The translations under genes and the position numbers were made by a program. The notes below the pieces were generated by a model. That model did no database searches. It saw only the letters and a list, made by a program, of their open reading frames with translations, and was not told the origin of the DNA. A stretch of DNA of 64,000 nt from an uncultured bacterium (lineage in GTDB: Bacteria; Patescibacteriota; Patescibacteriia; Magasanikbacterales; GWA2-37-8). The stretch spans positions 124,459-188,458 of the forward strand of contig CALCZC010000007.1 in assembly GCA_937903605.1 (NCBI GenBank), read 5' to 3'. Positions 48,573-58,731 of this stretch are shown here, piece after piece; positions within the stretch are counted from its first letter, which is position 1, and each line of letters opens with the position of its first letter.

Positions 48573-50276
48573 ATGTCCGATTTTCAATCCATCAACGAAT
48601 TGATGAAAAAGGGGGGCACTAAGAAAAAAAGCGATGATGTCCAGGAACAATTAACCCAACAGATAAAAAATATCCGTCAAAAAGGCAAAGAGGAAGACAC
48701 AGAAAAGAAGGCTAAAGAACTTAGTTTGCCTTATATTAATCTTTATGGATTCCCTGTTTCCGCCGAATCATTGCGCGTTATTCCTGAAGCGCAAGCTCGC
48801 GAAAAAAACATTATCTGCTTTTATTCCGCACCGGATAAAATAAAGTTAGCCTCTACGGAAATAAACGAAGAAATCAAAGAACTGGCTTATCAGCTGGGAG
48901 AAAAAAACCATGCTGAATCGGAATTGTATTTAGTTTCCGCAAATAGTCTGGATTATGTTATGAAACTTTATGCCAACCTTCCGATCATCAAACCGGTTAG
49001 TAAAGAGATTAATATTACCGAGGAAGAACTCAATAAATATCAGGTAGAAATGAATAATATTCAATCTCTAGAAGAAAAGTTTAAGAATATCAATATTACA
49101 GATATTTTAACTTTGATCATTGCTTCCGCGCTCAAACTCAATAGCTCCGATATTCATGTTGAAGCCGAAGAAAAAGGTATTGCCGTACGTTATCGTATTG
49201 ATGGGGTGCTCCACGATGTTGCTAATTTACCTATAGAACAATGGAAACGTTTTGTATCGCGTATCAAGCTCTTGGCTGCTCTAAAAATAAATATTGATGA
49301 CAAGCCACAAGATGGTCGGGTAACTTTGAAACTTCCTTCTGGTAATATTGATGTACGTGTTTCCACCATGCCGACAACTTATGGCGAGAGCGTGGTGATG
49401 AGAATTTTGTTTTCCGGTAGCAAGGGGGTTACTTTTGACGATCTGGGTTTTTATGGTGATTCTTACAATAAATTAAAACGAGAAATAGAACGTCCAAACG
49501 GGATGATTATTACTACCGGTCCGACAGGTTCCGGTAAAACTACTACGCTTTATGCTATTTTGCGTACTCTCAACAAACCCGGAGTAAAGATCATTACTTT
49601 GGAAGATCCGGTGGAAATCAAAATGGAAGGTGTCAACCAAAGTCAGGTTGACCCGAGCCGCGATTATACTTTTGCCAAAGGTTTGCGTAGTATCTTACGC
49701 CAAGATCCTGATATTTGTATGGTTGGGGAAATCCGTGATTTAGAAACCGCTGAAATTGCTATTCAGGCCGCCCTTACCGGTCACTTAATGCTTTCTACTA
49801 TCCATACCAACAGCGCTTCTGGAGCTTTACCTCGTTTCCTTTCTATGGGTGTTAAGCCTTTTTTACTGGCCCCTTCTCTAAACGCTATCATTGGTCAACG
49901 CTTGGTTCGTCGTACTTGTCCTAAATGTATTGAGGAAGAAAAAATAGACGATGAAAAAATGGCTAGAGTTAAAGAACAGTTGGAAAAACTACCTCTGGGC
50001 GAAAAAGAAAAAATAGATTTCAATAATCTTAAATTTTATCGTGGCAAAGGTTGTGAAGCTTGTTCGGGTTTGGGTTATAAAGGCCGTATCGGTATTTACG
50101 AAATATTTACCATGAACAAAGAAATAGAAGAGATCATTTTAACCGGTCAAACCAGTGAATATGCTATCCAAGAAATCGCGGTAAAAAATGGGATGGTTAC
50201 GATGGTGCAGGACGGTTTACTCAAAGCACTCAATAAGGTCACTACTGTGGAAGAAGTATTCCGTGTAACTGAATAA
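48573..50276 (+). CDS. Type II/IV secretion-system ATPase (GspE/PilB family)
   Basis: N-terminal T2SSE_N-like domain, Walker A TGPTGSGKTTTLYAIL, and the tetracysteine motif CPKC...CEAC. Confidence 0.85.
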   Translation: MSDFQSINELMKKGGTKKKSDDVQEQLTQQIKNIRQKGKEEDTEKKAKELSLPYINLYGFPVSAESLRVIPEAQAREKNIICFYSAPDKIKLASTEINEEIKELAYQLGEKNHAESELYLVSANSLDYVMKLYANLPIIKPVSKEINITEEELNKYQVEMNNIQSLEEKFKNINITDILTLIIASALKLNSSDIHVEAEEKGIAVRYRIDGVLHDVANLPIEQWKRFVSRIKLLAALKINIDDKPQDGRVTLKLPSGNIDVRVSTMPTTYGESVVMRILFSGSKGVTFDDLGFYGDSYNKLKREIERPNGMIITTGPTGSGKTTTLYAILRTLNKPGVKIITLEDPVEIKMEGVNQSQVDPSRDYTFAKGLRSILRQDPDICMVGEIRDLETAEIAIQAALTGHLMLSTIHTNSASGALPRFLSMGVKPFLLAPSLNAIIGQRLVRRTCPKCIEEEKIDDEKMARVKEQLEKLPLGEKEKIDFNNLKFYRGKGCEACSGLGYKGRIGIYEIFTMNKEIEEIILTGQTSEYAIQEIAVKNGMVTMVQDGLLKALNKVTTVEEVFRVTE

Positions 50277-50320
50277 AAAGTAGTCACAAATCTATAAAAA
50301 TGGTATAATGGACTTAATCA

Positions 50321-50398
50321 AAAGTACTGAATATTGAATATTGAATATTGTTTTTATTTTACACAATATTTAATATCTAATATTCAATATTTAATTTT
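50321..50398. repeat. AT-rich inverted-repeat array (aatattgaatatt family)
   Basis: tactgaatattgaatattgaatattg...caatatttaatatctaatattcaatatttaa. Confidence 0.6.
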
Positions 50399-50403
50399 TA
50401 CTT

Positions 50404-51552
50404 ATGTACGCTCATCGCCTTTCTACCAAACCGGCTCATGAACCGCCGGTTAAAACTTATCGAGTTATCGCTTTCTCCTTTTTAGCATTAACCGTGGTAT
50501 TGTTGGCTATTGTTATTTTTTCCGCTTTGAAAAAAACCGAAATTACCATTATCGCCAAAGAAAGTAACAAGGCTATTACCTTATCATTGAATGCAATAAA
50601 AGAAAAAGGTGTTGAAAATTCAGTTGTTTCTATCGTTACTACAACTAAATTTTACTTAAGTGAAAATTATACTCCGACCGGCGCTAAAACCGTAGAAGGA
50701 ATTTCCAAAGGCGAAGTGATTTTATATAATGATACTTCCGAAGTACAAATTTTGGTTAAAACTACCAGATTATTATCTCCTGAAAATGTTTTATTTCGTT
50801 TGGAAGATAGAGTTACTATCCCCGCTCGAGGACAAACAAACGCCAAGGTTTATGCCGATCAAAACGGAGCCGCTAGTGATATCGGACCGACCAAATTTAC
50901 CATTCCCGGACTATCTGCTGATAAACAAAAAGTGGTTTATGCACAGAGTTCCAAACCCATGGCCGGTGGTAGCGGTAAAATAGGTATTGTTTCGGAAAAC
51001 GACATTACTGCCGCTAAAAATGATTTTAAAGAAAAAGTTAAACAAGCCTATCTCAAACAAATCGGAGAAGTTGAACTTTGGGCTGACATGAAAATAATAA
51101 CTGTAACCGATAATAATCCTGTTTCCTCGCATAAAGCCGGTGATGAAACTGGCGCTTTCACTATCTCTGGCACTTCCACCGTGGTTGGTGTTTTCTTTGC
51201 TAAAAAAGATTTGGAAGAAATATTAAACAAAGAAATCGGCAAATCGGTTGATAATAATTCCGAAAAAATACTTTCTTTTTCCGGAGAACCAACAGTCACT
51301 ATAGCCTCTACCGACTTGGTTAATCAATCTGCACAACTAAACATATCTCAAGAAACTTTGGTTACTCTCAATGCCGAAGCTCAGAGTCTAGAAAAATCAA
51401 ATTTTGTTGGTAAAGAGAAAAGTGAAATAGAAAGATATGTTGTCGGTTTACCCCATGTCACAGGAGTCAATGTAAAGTTCTCCCCTTCCTGGAGTGACAC
51501 CGCACCTAGCTCGGCGGATAAGATTAAAGTGGTGGTAAAAAATGTGAAGTAA
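50404..51552 (+). CDS. Hypothetical membrane-anchored extracytoplasmic protein (382 aa) downstream of the PilB-like ATPase
   Basis: Single TM VIAFSFLALTVVLLAIVIFSAL, and the remainder is beta-rich and S/T-rich. Confidence 0.55.
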   Translation: MYAHRLSTKPAHEPPVKTYRVIAFSFLALTVVLLAIVIFSALKKTEITIIAKESNKAITLSLNAIKEKGVENSVVSIVTTTKFYLSENYTPTGAKTVEGISKGEVILYNDTSEVQILVKTTRLLSPENVLFRLEDRVTIPARGQTNAKVYADQNGAASDIGPTKFTIPGLSADKQKVVYAQSSKPMAGGSGKIGIVSENDITAAKNDFKEKVKQAYLKQIGEVELWADMKIITVTDNNPVSSHKAGDETGAFTISGTSTVVGVFFAKKDLEEILNKEIGKSVDNNSEKILSFSGEPTVTIASTDLVNQSAQLNISQETLVTLNAEAQSLEKSNFVGKEKSEIERYVVGLPHVTGVNVKFSPSWSDTAPSSADKIKVVVKNVK

Positions 51553-51644
51553 AAAATATTTAAAATATTAGAATATTAAAAAATCCGACCAAATTGGCCG
51601 GATTTTTATTTATTTTTATCTTTACAATTTTACTATTTACAAGC

Positions 51645-53471
51645 TTATCCGAGTATCTCTTTTATTTCTTCCTGTTCAATTGTTTCTTTTTCCAAAAGCA
51701 CGGCGACCATTTCTTCCAATTTATCTCTTTTACTTTCCAAAATTTCTCGCGCTTTGTTTTGCGCTTCATTTATAATTTTGATAACTTCTTCATCTATTTT
51801 TTCCGCAGTCTTGTCACTGTAATCTTGTTGCTCATGAATTTCTTTACCCAAGAATATCATCTCTTCTCTTTCACCAAAAGTTCGCGGACCAAGTTCACTC
51901 ATACCATAACGAGTTACCATGTCTTTGGCCACTTTAGTGGCATTTTTCAAATCCGATGAAGGACCGGTTGAAATCTGATCTTCACCATAGATCATCTTTT
52001 CTACTACATAACCACCCAAAGTCATCGCGAGTTCATCTTTAAACTGCGCCAGAGTATAGTAATGTTTATCCTCAGTCGGCATCTTGAGCGTATACCCTCC
52101 GGCTTGTCCGCGAGAAATGATAGAAACCTTTCTAACCGGATCACAATTTGACAAAGAATGACCAACAATGGCATGTCCGGCTTCGTGATAAGCGGTCATC
52201 TTTTTGTCTTTATCACTTATCACCCTACTTTTGCGTTCCGGTCCAAGCATTACTTTTTCAATACTTTCCAAGATTTCTGTTTCTGTAATTTTTTTGAGAT
52301 TACGACGCACAGTCAAAATAGCCGCTTCGTTTAACAAGCTTTCCAAATCTGCTCCGGAAAATCCAGGAGTGCGTTCGGCAACTTTACGCAAAGAAACATC
52401 TTTGATGAGCGGTTTGTTTTTAGCATGAATTTTGAGAATTTCTTCTCTATCTTTGATGTCAGGCATATTCAAAACTACGCGACGATCAAAACGACCAGGG
52501 CGAAGTAGCGCCGGATCCAAAACATCCGGACGATTGGTAGCAGCCATTACAATAACACCGCTGTTTGGTTCAAAACCATCCATTTCCACTAAAATTTGAT
52601 TGAGTGTTTGTTCACGTTCATCATGACCTCCGCCAAGGCCTGTACCACGTCTGCGACCCACAGCATCTATTTCATCAATAAACACGATGGCTGGAGCGGC
52701 TTTTTTGGCTTTGGCAAATAAATCACGCACCCGAGAGGCTCCCACCCCTACAAACATCTCTACAAACTCAGATCCTGACATATGGAAAAACGGCACATTG
52801 GCTTCACCGGCTACTGATTTGGCTAATAGTGTTTTACCGGTACCTGGAGCACCCATCAAAAGTACACCTTTGGGAATTTTGGCACCCATATCGGAAAACT
52901 TTTTTGGACTTTTTAAGAATTCCACTATTTCTTGTAACTCTTCTTTGGCTTCACCGGCTCCGGCAACATCCGCAAATGTTTTACGATTTTTATCACGCGG
53001 ATTTACCATGCGAGCGCTACTTTGTCCAAAACCCATAGCTTTATTATTTACCCCCTGCACCCCGCGACTCATGAAATAAAAAAATCCGATGATGATAAGC
53101 AGTGGCAATAATATCGGTAAAATGAAGTTTATCGCCCAAAATTTGACCGAGCTTTCATCTTTGATTTCCACTTCCAAACCAGCTTTGGCTTCTTCGCTGA
53201 CACTGTAATTTTTCAAAATATCACCAAACGATTCTCCAGCTTCTTTTTTTACTTCTTGCGGTCTGGCATTTTCATCCTTTAGTTCTATCTTGAGCAAATT
53301 TCCTTCTACCACTACTTTTTTAACCTGACCTTGATTTATCTGCTCAATCAAACGACCTATCCCGATTGTTTCCGGTTTTTTACTTTCCTCTTGTTGGACA
53401 AAACTCAAAACCGCGGCCACAACCAACAAACAACAAAAAATAATAATAAAATTTTTGAAAAAATCCTTCAT
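51645..53471 (-). CDS. ftsH: ATP-dependent zinc metalloprotease FtsH
   Basis: AAA module [31 protein letters not shown], and the zinc motif HEAGHAIVG. Confidence 0.95.
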   Translation of the reverse strand: MKDFFKNFIIIFCCLLVVAAVLSFVQQEESKKPETIGIGRLIEQINQGQVKKVVVEGNLLKIELKDENARPQEVKKEAGESFGDILKNYSVSEEAKAGLEVEIKDESSVKFWAINFILPILLPLLIIIGFFYFMSRGVQGVNNKAMGFGQSSARMVNPRDKNRKTFADVAGAGEAKEELQEIVEFLKSPKKFSDMGAKIPKGVLLMGAPGTGKTLLAKSVAGEANVPFFHMSGSEFVEMFVGVGASRVRDLFAKAKKAAPAIVFIDEIDAVGRRRGTGLGGGHDEREQTLNQILVEMDGFEPNSGVIVMAATNRPDVLDPALLRPGRFDRRVVLNMPDIKDREEILKIHAKNKPLIKDVSLRKVAERTPGFSGADLESLLNEAAILTVRRNLKKITETEILESIEKVMLGPERKSRVISDKDKKMTAYHEAGHAIVGHSLSNCDPVRKVSIISRGQAGGYTLKMPTEDKHYYTLAQFKDELAMTLGGYVVEKMIYGEDQISTGPSSDLKNATKVAKDMVTRYGMSELGPRTFGEREEMIFLGKEIHEQQDYSDKTAEKIDEEVIKIINEAQNKAREILESKRDKLEEMVAVLLEKETIEQEEIKEILG

Positions 53472-53603
53472 AAATAAACGTTTTTAATATAATTTAGAGT
53501 AAATTAATTTTACAATATATATAAGAAAAAATCAACTCTGTTTAATTTAACAGTGTTTTTAATATATCAAAAATCAAAATTAAACTAATTTTGGCTAAGG
53601 CTA

Positions 53604-53632
53604 TTGACAAAATCGCTAAAACATGTTAAAGT
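53604..53632 (+). promoter_or_regulatory. Sigma70-like promoter (TTGACAAAATCGCTAAAACATGTTAAAGT), the same cassette as 38792 and 39891
   Basis: It is followed in the 5' UTR by a perfect palindrome ttcccctat-gaattata-tatagggaa (about 53640-53668) and the SD taggaga. Confidence 0.55.
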
Positions 53633-53715
53633 ATTCTGTTTTGTTCCCCTATGAATTATATATAGGGAACCGAACTTTTTTTGTACTTTAAAAACACAAC
53701 ATAGGAGAATGCACA

Positions 53716-54948
53716 ATGAAAGATCCTTTTATTTTTGAAAAGTCAATCTTGGAAAATGGATTGACGGTCGTGAGTAAACAAATCCCCGGTAAAAAAAGAG
53801 TTGATGTGGGTTTCGTGATTCACGCCGGTGCTTACCAAGACCCTGTCGGTAAAAGCGGCTTGGCACATTTCGTGGAACATTTAGCCCCACACAATTCCGG
53901 ACTTTCGATCTCACAGATTCTGAAAAATTTCGACTTGGCCGGTGGTTTTGCCGAACTTGGCGAAACCAGGTTTTTTGACACTTCGTATCAATTCTGTTGT
54001 CCGCTTGAAAATTTCGAAGATAGCCTTGACTTCTTTGGTAAATTCCTGATGGAGGCTTTGTTTGACAAAAAAGCCGTTCTCAACGAGAAACCAATAATCA
54101 TCAATGAGTTCGGAGAAAAGTACGCTTGCGATCGTGATTACAAAAAACACATGATTCAACTGCAAGAGCTCTATCGCGATACTATACTCGCCAAAATCAA
54201 AGGGGTTGTCGGTTCGAAAAAAGACATCAGAAATATCACTCATCATGATCTTCAAGAATTCTATAATACCTACTATACTCCGCAAAACATGAGTGTCGTC
54301 GTTTTGAGCAGTTTCAAAAAGGAAGATCTTTTGAAAAAAATAAGCTCCAGTCCTTTGGGGAAAAAGAAGTCGGGAAAAAGAATTGTCTTACCCGAACCGG
54401 CTGATTTTGAGAATATCTTGCCCTCGGATTATACGGAAAGGAGACGTAATAGGGTTTCATCCGGGATGATACAAGTGAATCATCTGTTGCCGAAAAAATT
54501 CCCCCGTGGAACAGTCCAGATATTTGAAAAACTTGTTTCTGATCTGTTGTTTAACAAAATCCGAGAAGAAAAGAGGATAGCTTACCAAGCCAATCTGGAT
54601 ATAATCGACCATGTTTCGTTTTACGAATCCATCATTTATATTCCTAGTTTCGAACTGAAAAGTAAAAACATTATCTGGAGGATAATAATGGAAACGATAG
54701 AACAAGTGGCTGACAATGAAGAATTTTTTGACGAGGTGAAAAAGATCACGATAAACAAGTTCAATCTGTATGAACACAGTGCCGAGGGCATACTTTCAAG
54801 TGCCATGGAAATGCTTTCCTTTAACCATATTACCTTCAGTAAAAAGGAATTGCGGGATGTGTTAAAGAAAACGACTTTCCAAGACATGATAGAAATATCA
54901 GCCTGTTACAAAAATGGCAGATCTTTCTGCATTTTGGAAACTCCTTAA
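53716..54948 (+). CDS. M16-family (pitrilysin/insulinase-like) zinc peptidase
   Basis: Inverted zinc motif HFVEHL (HxxEH) near the N-terminus. 410 aa. Confidence 0.75.
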   Translation: MKDPFIFEKSILENGLTVVSKQIPGKKRVDVGFVIHAGAYQDPVGKSGLAHFVEHLAPHNSGLSISQILKNFDLAGGFAELGETRFFDTSYQFCCPLENFEDSLDFFGKFLMEALFDKKAVLNEKPIIINEFGEKYACDRDYKKHMIQLQELYRDTILAKIKGVVGSKKDIRNITHHDLQEFYNTYYTPQNMSVVVLSSFKKEDLLKKISSSPLGKKKSGKRIVLPEPADFENILPSDYTERRRNRVSSGMIQVNHLLPKKFPRGTVQIFEKLVSDLLFNKIREEKRIAYQANLDIIDHVSFYESIIYIPSFELKSKNIIWRIIMETIEQVADNEEFFDEVKKITINKFNLYEHSAEGILSSAMEMLSFNHITFSKKELRDVLKKTTFQDMIEISACYKNGRSFCILETP

Positions 54949-55042
54949 ACACAAAAAACGTTCTTTACACCGGCCTCCTCTTTGGAGGCCTTTTTATTTA
55001 CAAAAAAATAACGCCGTTATCGGCGTTATTTTTAAAAAAGTT

Positions 55043-56242
55043 TTATTCTTCTTTTTTATCTTCTTTTTCTTCCTTGTGCTTTTTTTCTTTTTTCTCTGCT
55101 TTTTCTGACTTCACCGCTTTTTCTTCTTTTCCTGGTTTTTCATCTTTCTTTTCTTCCTTTTTAGCCTTACCTTTTACTCCAGCCACGCGCAAACCAAGAC
55201 GATGTTCGGTCGGTTCTAGAGATACGACAGTAAAGTCCATTTCCGTACCAACTTGAAATTTACTTTGAATATTGGCAATCGGTTCATCGGATAATTCAGA
55301 AACATGGGCTAAACCATGGATATCTTTATCCAAACCGATCATCAAACCAAACGGTTCAATTTTCAAAATTTTACCTTTAACCGTATCGCCAATTTTATAT
55401 TTTTCCTTAACCACTTTCCACGGATCTTCAACTAAACGTTTCATGGAAAGATAAATTTTGGAATGATCAAGTTGAATAATTTGAGCTTGAACTCTATCAC
55501 CAACTCTGAGTAGATCTTTCGGATGATCAATACGTTGCCAAGCAATTTCGGAAATATGGATAAGACCTTCAAGTCCTTGACCAAATTTGATGAAAGCACC
55601 AAAAGAAGTGAGAGCAGAAACTTCACCGTCAACCGTATCGCCGACTTTATAAGCTTCCAATACCGCCTTTTGAGCATCATCCCAAACACTTTTTTCAGAA
55701 ACTATCAATTTTTCTTCATTTTCATCAACGTCAATAACTTTAACTTCCAAATCCTTACCAATAAGCTCCTGAAGTTTTTCCAAAATTCTATTTTTATCTC
55801 CACCCATCACTCGAGGATAATGATCCGGGTTAAGTTGAGAAACAGGCATAAAACCGGCTACAGCGCCGACCTGCATCATAACTCCACCTTTGTTGGCAGC
55901 CAAAACTTTGGCTTTAACCGTTATGCCGTCTTTCATCCATTTGCGTAGATTATCCCAAACACGTTGCATGCCAGCAACTTTGAAAGAAAGCTCCATTTCG
56001 CCGTTTTCGTTTTCCAAATCAATAACCGTACCTTCTACTTCATTGCCCGGTTTTAAATTGGCATATTCTTGAGATTCAGTAAACATTTCCGCACCTCGAA
56101 CAATGGCGGTTGTTAAGCCTTCTATCTCTAAACGAATTTCTCCTTTATCGACATATATAACTTTGCCTTTGACAATGTCTCCCAATTTAGGAAAATTGAC
56201 TAAATTTTCAGCTAATAATGTCTTAAAATCTTTGTTAGACAT
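55043..56242 (-). CDS. rpsA: 30S ribosomal protein S1 (four S1 domains) with a Lys/Glu-rich C-terminal tail
   Basis: Repeated S1-domain motifs (GKV...GAFV/FIKF...GLIHISE). C-terminal tail KKEEKKDEKPGKEEKAVKSEKAEKKEKKHKEEKEDKKEE. Confidence 0.85.
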   Translation of the reverse strand: MSNKDFKTLLAENLVNFPKLGDIVKGKVIYVDKGEIRLEIEGLTTAIVRGAEMFTESQEYANLKPGNEVEGTVIDLENENGEMELSFKVAGMQRVWDNLRKWMKDGITVKAKVLAANKGGVMMQVGAVAGFMPVSQLNPDHYPRVMGGDKNRILEKLQELIGKDLEVKVIDVDENEEKLIVSEKSVWDDAQKAVLEAYKVGDTVDGEVSALTSFGAFIKFGQGLEGLIHISEIAWQRIDHPKDLLRVGDRVQAQIIQLDHSKIYLSMKRLVEDPWKVVKEKYKIGDTVKGKILKIEPFGLMIGLDKDIHGLAHVSELSDEPIANIQSKFQVGTEMDFTVVSLEPTEHRLGLRVAGVKGKAKKEEKKDEKPGKEEKAVKSEKAEKKEKKHKEEKEDKKEE

Positions 56243-56335
56243 ATATATAAAACAAAAAAATTCTCTTAACCCTCCGCCTCTGGCGGATGAGTGCTTACCA
56301 CTAAAACGGGTAAGCTTAATAGCTAATTTTTAATC

Positions 56336-56364
56336 ATTATACACAGGTCTCTAATACTTGTCAA
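56336..56364 (-). promoter_or_regulatory. Consensus sigma70 promoter (TTGACA-17-TATAAT) for rpsA, with a ~115-nt structured leader
   Basis: Minus strand reads cttgacaagtattagagacctgtgtataat. The leader hairpins are gcttacccgttttagtggtaagc and ccgccagaggcgg. Confidence 0.6.
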
Positions 56365-56369
56365 GAGTT

Positions 56370-57353
56370 TGTACAGTACACCTTCAAGGGTTACACTTGT
56401 GGATAATTGCTAAGCTAAGATATTTCTCGTAAGGAGTAAGCCCATTCATGCCTTTACCTTCATGTGGTCTTTGATGGTTGTACCAATAAGTATAAGCTTG
56501 TAGTTTGTTCCAAGGACGATTTTCATTTAAATAATATTCATCATCAATACTTCTGTTAGCTCTTTCTACTTTACCATTCCAAGGAGCAGATCTTTTAGGA
56601 ATATATCTATGAATTATGTTTTTGTTGTTTAAATATTTGTGGAACACCCCTCTAAATTCCGAACCATTATCTGTTTGAATACCTACAATTAGAAAAGGAA
56701 AATATCTTTTAGCTTGTTGGTATGCCCAGATAGTGGAAAAAGCATCTTTGCTTTTTGTTTCTATGGCAAATTGTAGATTGGTAACTGTGTCTAAAAATCT
56801 ATATTGATAACTCCAAGTTAAATCTTCTCCTGGTACGTATTTTACGTCTAATTGCACGTTTTCTCCGGGTATTAGGGCTATATATGGTTTTTTCAAAGGA
56901 GCATACCAAGACTGCTTCTTCTGTGGTTTTCTAATTAAATGTCTTTTTTTATAGTATTTATATATTGTATTGGCAGATATTTTTAATTTGTAATTTTTTT
57001 CTAAAAACAGTTTCATTTTATTAGGTCCAAAATTATATTTAATTTTGTTTTCATAAATAATAACCTTGAACTTCGTTGTTAATTTTGTTTGAGGATGAAT
57101 CTCTCTTCTTTTGGAGTTTCTAAATACTAAATGATGGTCCAAATTATACCATTTGTAATATGTCTTTCGACTAATACCAAAGACATTACAAATCTCTTTA
57201 ACTGTCTTTCCATATTTATCAACTTGTAGATACCAACGAGCTCTCATTTCAGAAGGAGCGCTTAAAGGTGTACCTGCCATATTTTTATTTACTAAGGATT
57301 AAAAGTGTTACCCTTAGTTTAGCAGAGTGTTACCTTTTATGGTGTACTATACA
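56370..57353. mobile_element. Complete insertion sequence (~984 bp) with imperfect terminal inverted repeats and a 5-6 bp target-site duplication (a)GAGTT
   Basis: Left end TGTACAGTACACC-6-GGTTACACT. The reverse complement of the right end is TGTATAGTACACC-6-GGTAACACT, with a second GGTAACACT copy. Flanks are ...caagagtt|IS|gagttgg. It carries a single DDE transposase ORF. Confidence 0.8.
56384..57280 (-). CDS. IS transposase (N-terminal HTH plus rve/DDE integrase core; IS481/IS3-like)
   Basis: ...IQTDNGSEFRGVFHKYLNNKNIIHRYIPKRSAPWNGKVERANRSIDDEYY...YNHQRPHEG... is typical of a DDE integrase catalytic domain. Confidence 0.8.
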   Translation of the reverse strand: MAGTPLSAPSEMRARWYLQVDKYGKTVKEICNVFGISRKTYYKWYNLDHHLVFRNSKRREIHPQTKLTTKFKVIIYENKIKYNFGPNKMKLFLEKNYKLKISANTIYKYYKKRHLIRKPQKKQSWYAPLKKPYIALIPGENVQLDVKYVPGEDLTWSYQYRFLDTVTNLQFAIETKSKDAFSTIWAYQQAKRYFPFLIVGIQTDNGSEFRGVFHKYLNNKNIIHRYIPKRSAPWNGKVERANRSIDDEYYLNENRPWNKLQAYTYWYNHQRPHEGKGMNGLTPYEKYLSLAIIHKCNP

Positions 57354-57533
57354 GAGTTGGCTAATTTTAGCTGTTTTTTAATCACATTTTCCCCTTGCGG
57401 AGAACCTAGGTTTATGTTAAAATATAGTCGTTATTAAATCTAAAAATCAGAAGCTAAAATATAAATAAACTCGCCCCGCTTGACGGAAAAACGAGATTTT
57501 ACCTTTTGATTTTTGACTTTTGAATTTTTTAAT

Positions 57534-58154
57534 ATGCATATCAATTGGCTTGGACAAACTTGTGTTAAAATACAAACCAAAAATCTCAAAGACGAAGATA
57601 TCGTGATTATTATTGATCCCTATAAACCGGAAAAAGGTGATTTTCCTCGTAACTTTTCTCCAGACGTAGTTTTATATAGTAAAACCGCAAAAGATTCGGT
57701 CACTATTTCCGATTCCGCTTTTGTCGTGGAAACACTTGGTGAATATGAAGTTAAAGATAATATGATTTATGCTATTGACGCCAATGAAAAAGAAATGATT
57801 TTCAAAATTTCAGCCGAAGGAATGAACATTGTTCATCTGGGCAATGTCAAAGAGAAAATTTCTGAAAGTGTTATAGAAAAACTAGGCACTCCTGATATTC
57901 TCTTTTTACCGATCGGTAACGGAGAAAAATCTCTTGATCCTAAAAAGGCTCGGGAAGCTGTTTCTATACTTGAACCACGTGTTATAATTCCAATAGCTTA
58001 TAAATGTGATACTGACCCGGAAGCATTGCCTTTGGAAAATTTTCTTAAAGAAATCGGGATAAAACCGGAAACAACGGATAAAAAAATAATTATCAAGAAA
58101 AAAGATCTTCCTCAAGAAGATACTAAAATTTTTGTTTTGGAAAAAAATTATTAA
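57534..58154 (+). CDS. Small MBL-fold metal-dependent hydrolase (UPF0173-like)
   Basis: MHINWLGQTCVKIQ...IIIDPY... The start is set at ATG 57534 because the ORF track uses a TTG at 57513. Confidence 0.6.
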   Translation: MHINWLGQTCVKIQTKNLKDEDIVIIIDPYKPEKGDFPRNFSPDVVLYSKTAKDSVTISDSAFVVETLGEYEVKDNMIYAIDANEKEMIFKISAEGMNIVHLGNVKEKISESVIEKLGTPDILFLPIGNGEKSLDPKKAREAVSILEPRVIIPIAYKCDTDPEALPLENFLKEIGIKPETTDKKIIIKKKDLPQEDTKIFVLEKNY

Positions 58155-58157
58155 AGT

Positions 58158-58610
58158 ATGGCCAAGAAGAAAAATTTTGCAAAACAACCGCCGGAAAAAG
58201 AACCTTCCACTAACCTGGAAAAATTTGCTATTTTTTTTGAACAACAAAACTCCAAAGATTCTGCTAGAAAACTTATGTGGAGCGGGGTTGTTTTAATTTT
58301 CGCCGGAATTTTATTTTTTGTAATTTTCGCCGCCAAAATGCAGATAAGTGCTTTTACTTGGGACCAAGAAACTCTAAAAATCAAAGATTCTGCACAACAA
58401 AGCTGGTCAGAATCGTTTGCTAAACAAGAAAAAGAAAAAGGGGTCAATGATATTAAAAAACAAGTTTCTGAATTTTTACAGCAAATTGCCAGTACTACCG
58501 CTATCAGCACAACCACTGTGTCTTCAACAATTACGTCTACGACATCTCCTATCATTACAAACACCACCACAGTAAGTTCATCTATCAAAAATAATATAAT
58601 AAAAAAATAA
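58158..58610 (+). CDS. Hypothetical membrane-anchored protein with a Ser/Thr-rich C-terminus
   Basis: TM LMWSGVVLIFAGILFFVIFAA. C-terminal STTAISTTTVSSTITSTTSPIITNTTTVSSS. Confidence 0.55.
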   Translation: MAKKKNFAKQPPEKEPSTNLEKFAIFFEQQNSKDSARKLMWSGVVLIFAGILFFVIFAAKMQISAFTWDQETLKIKDSAQQSWSESFAKQEKEKGVNDIKKQVSEFLQQIASTTAISTTTVSSTITSTTSPIITNTTTVSSSIKNNIIKK

Positions 58611-58623
58611 CTTGTCTTCAGCT

Positions 58624-58722
58624 TAACTGACAAGTATTTAATATTTAATATTCAATATTTTTGGCATAACTATTTTTTTAAATAACCAATATTGAATAAT
58701 AAATATTGAATAATAAAAAATA
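58624..58722. repeat. AT-rich inverted-repeat array (aatattgaatatt family) upstream of gyrA
   Basis: taatatttaatattcaatattttt...accaatattgaataataaatattgaataat. Confidence 0.6.
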
Positions 58723-58731
58723 TAATAATGT

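Noticed and set aside
55523-55948. 141-aa plus-strand ORF
   Set aside because: It is antisense inside rpsA.
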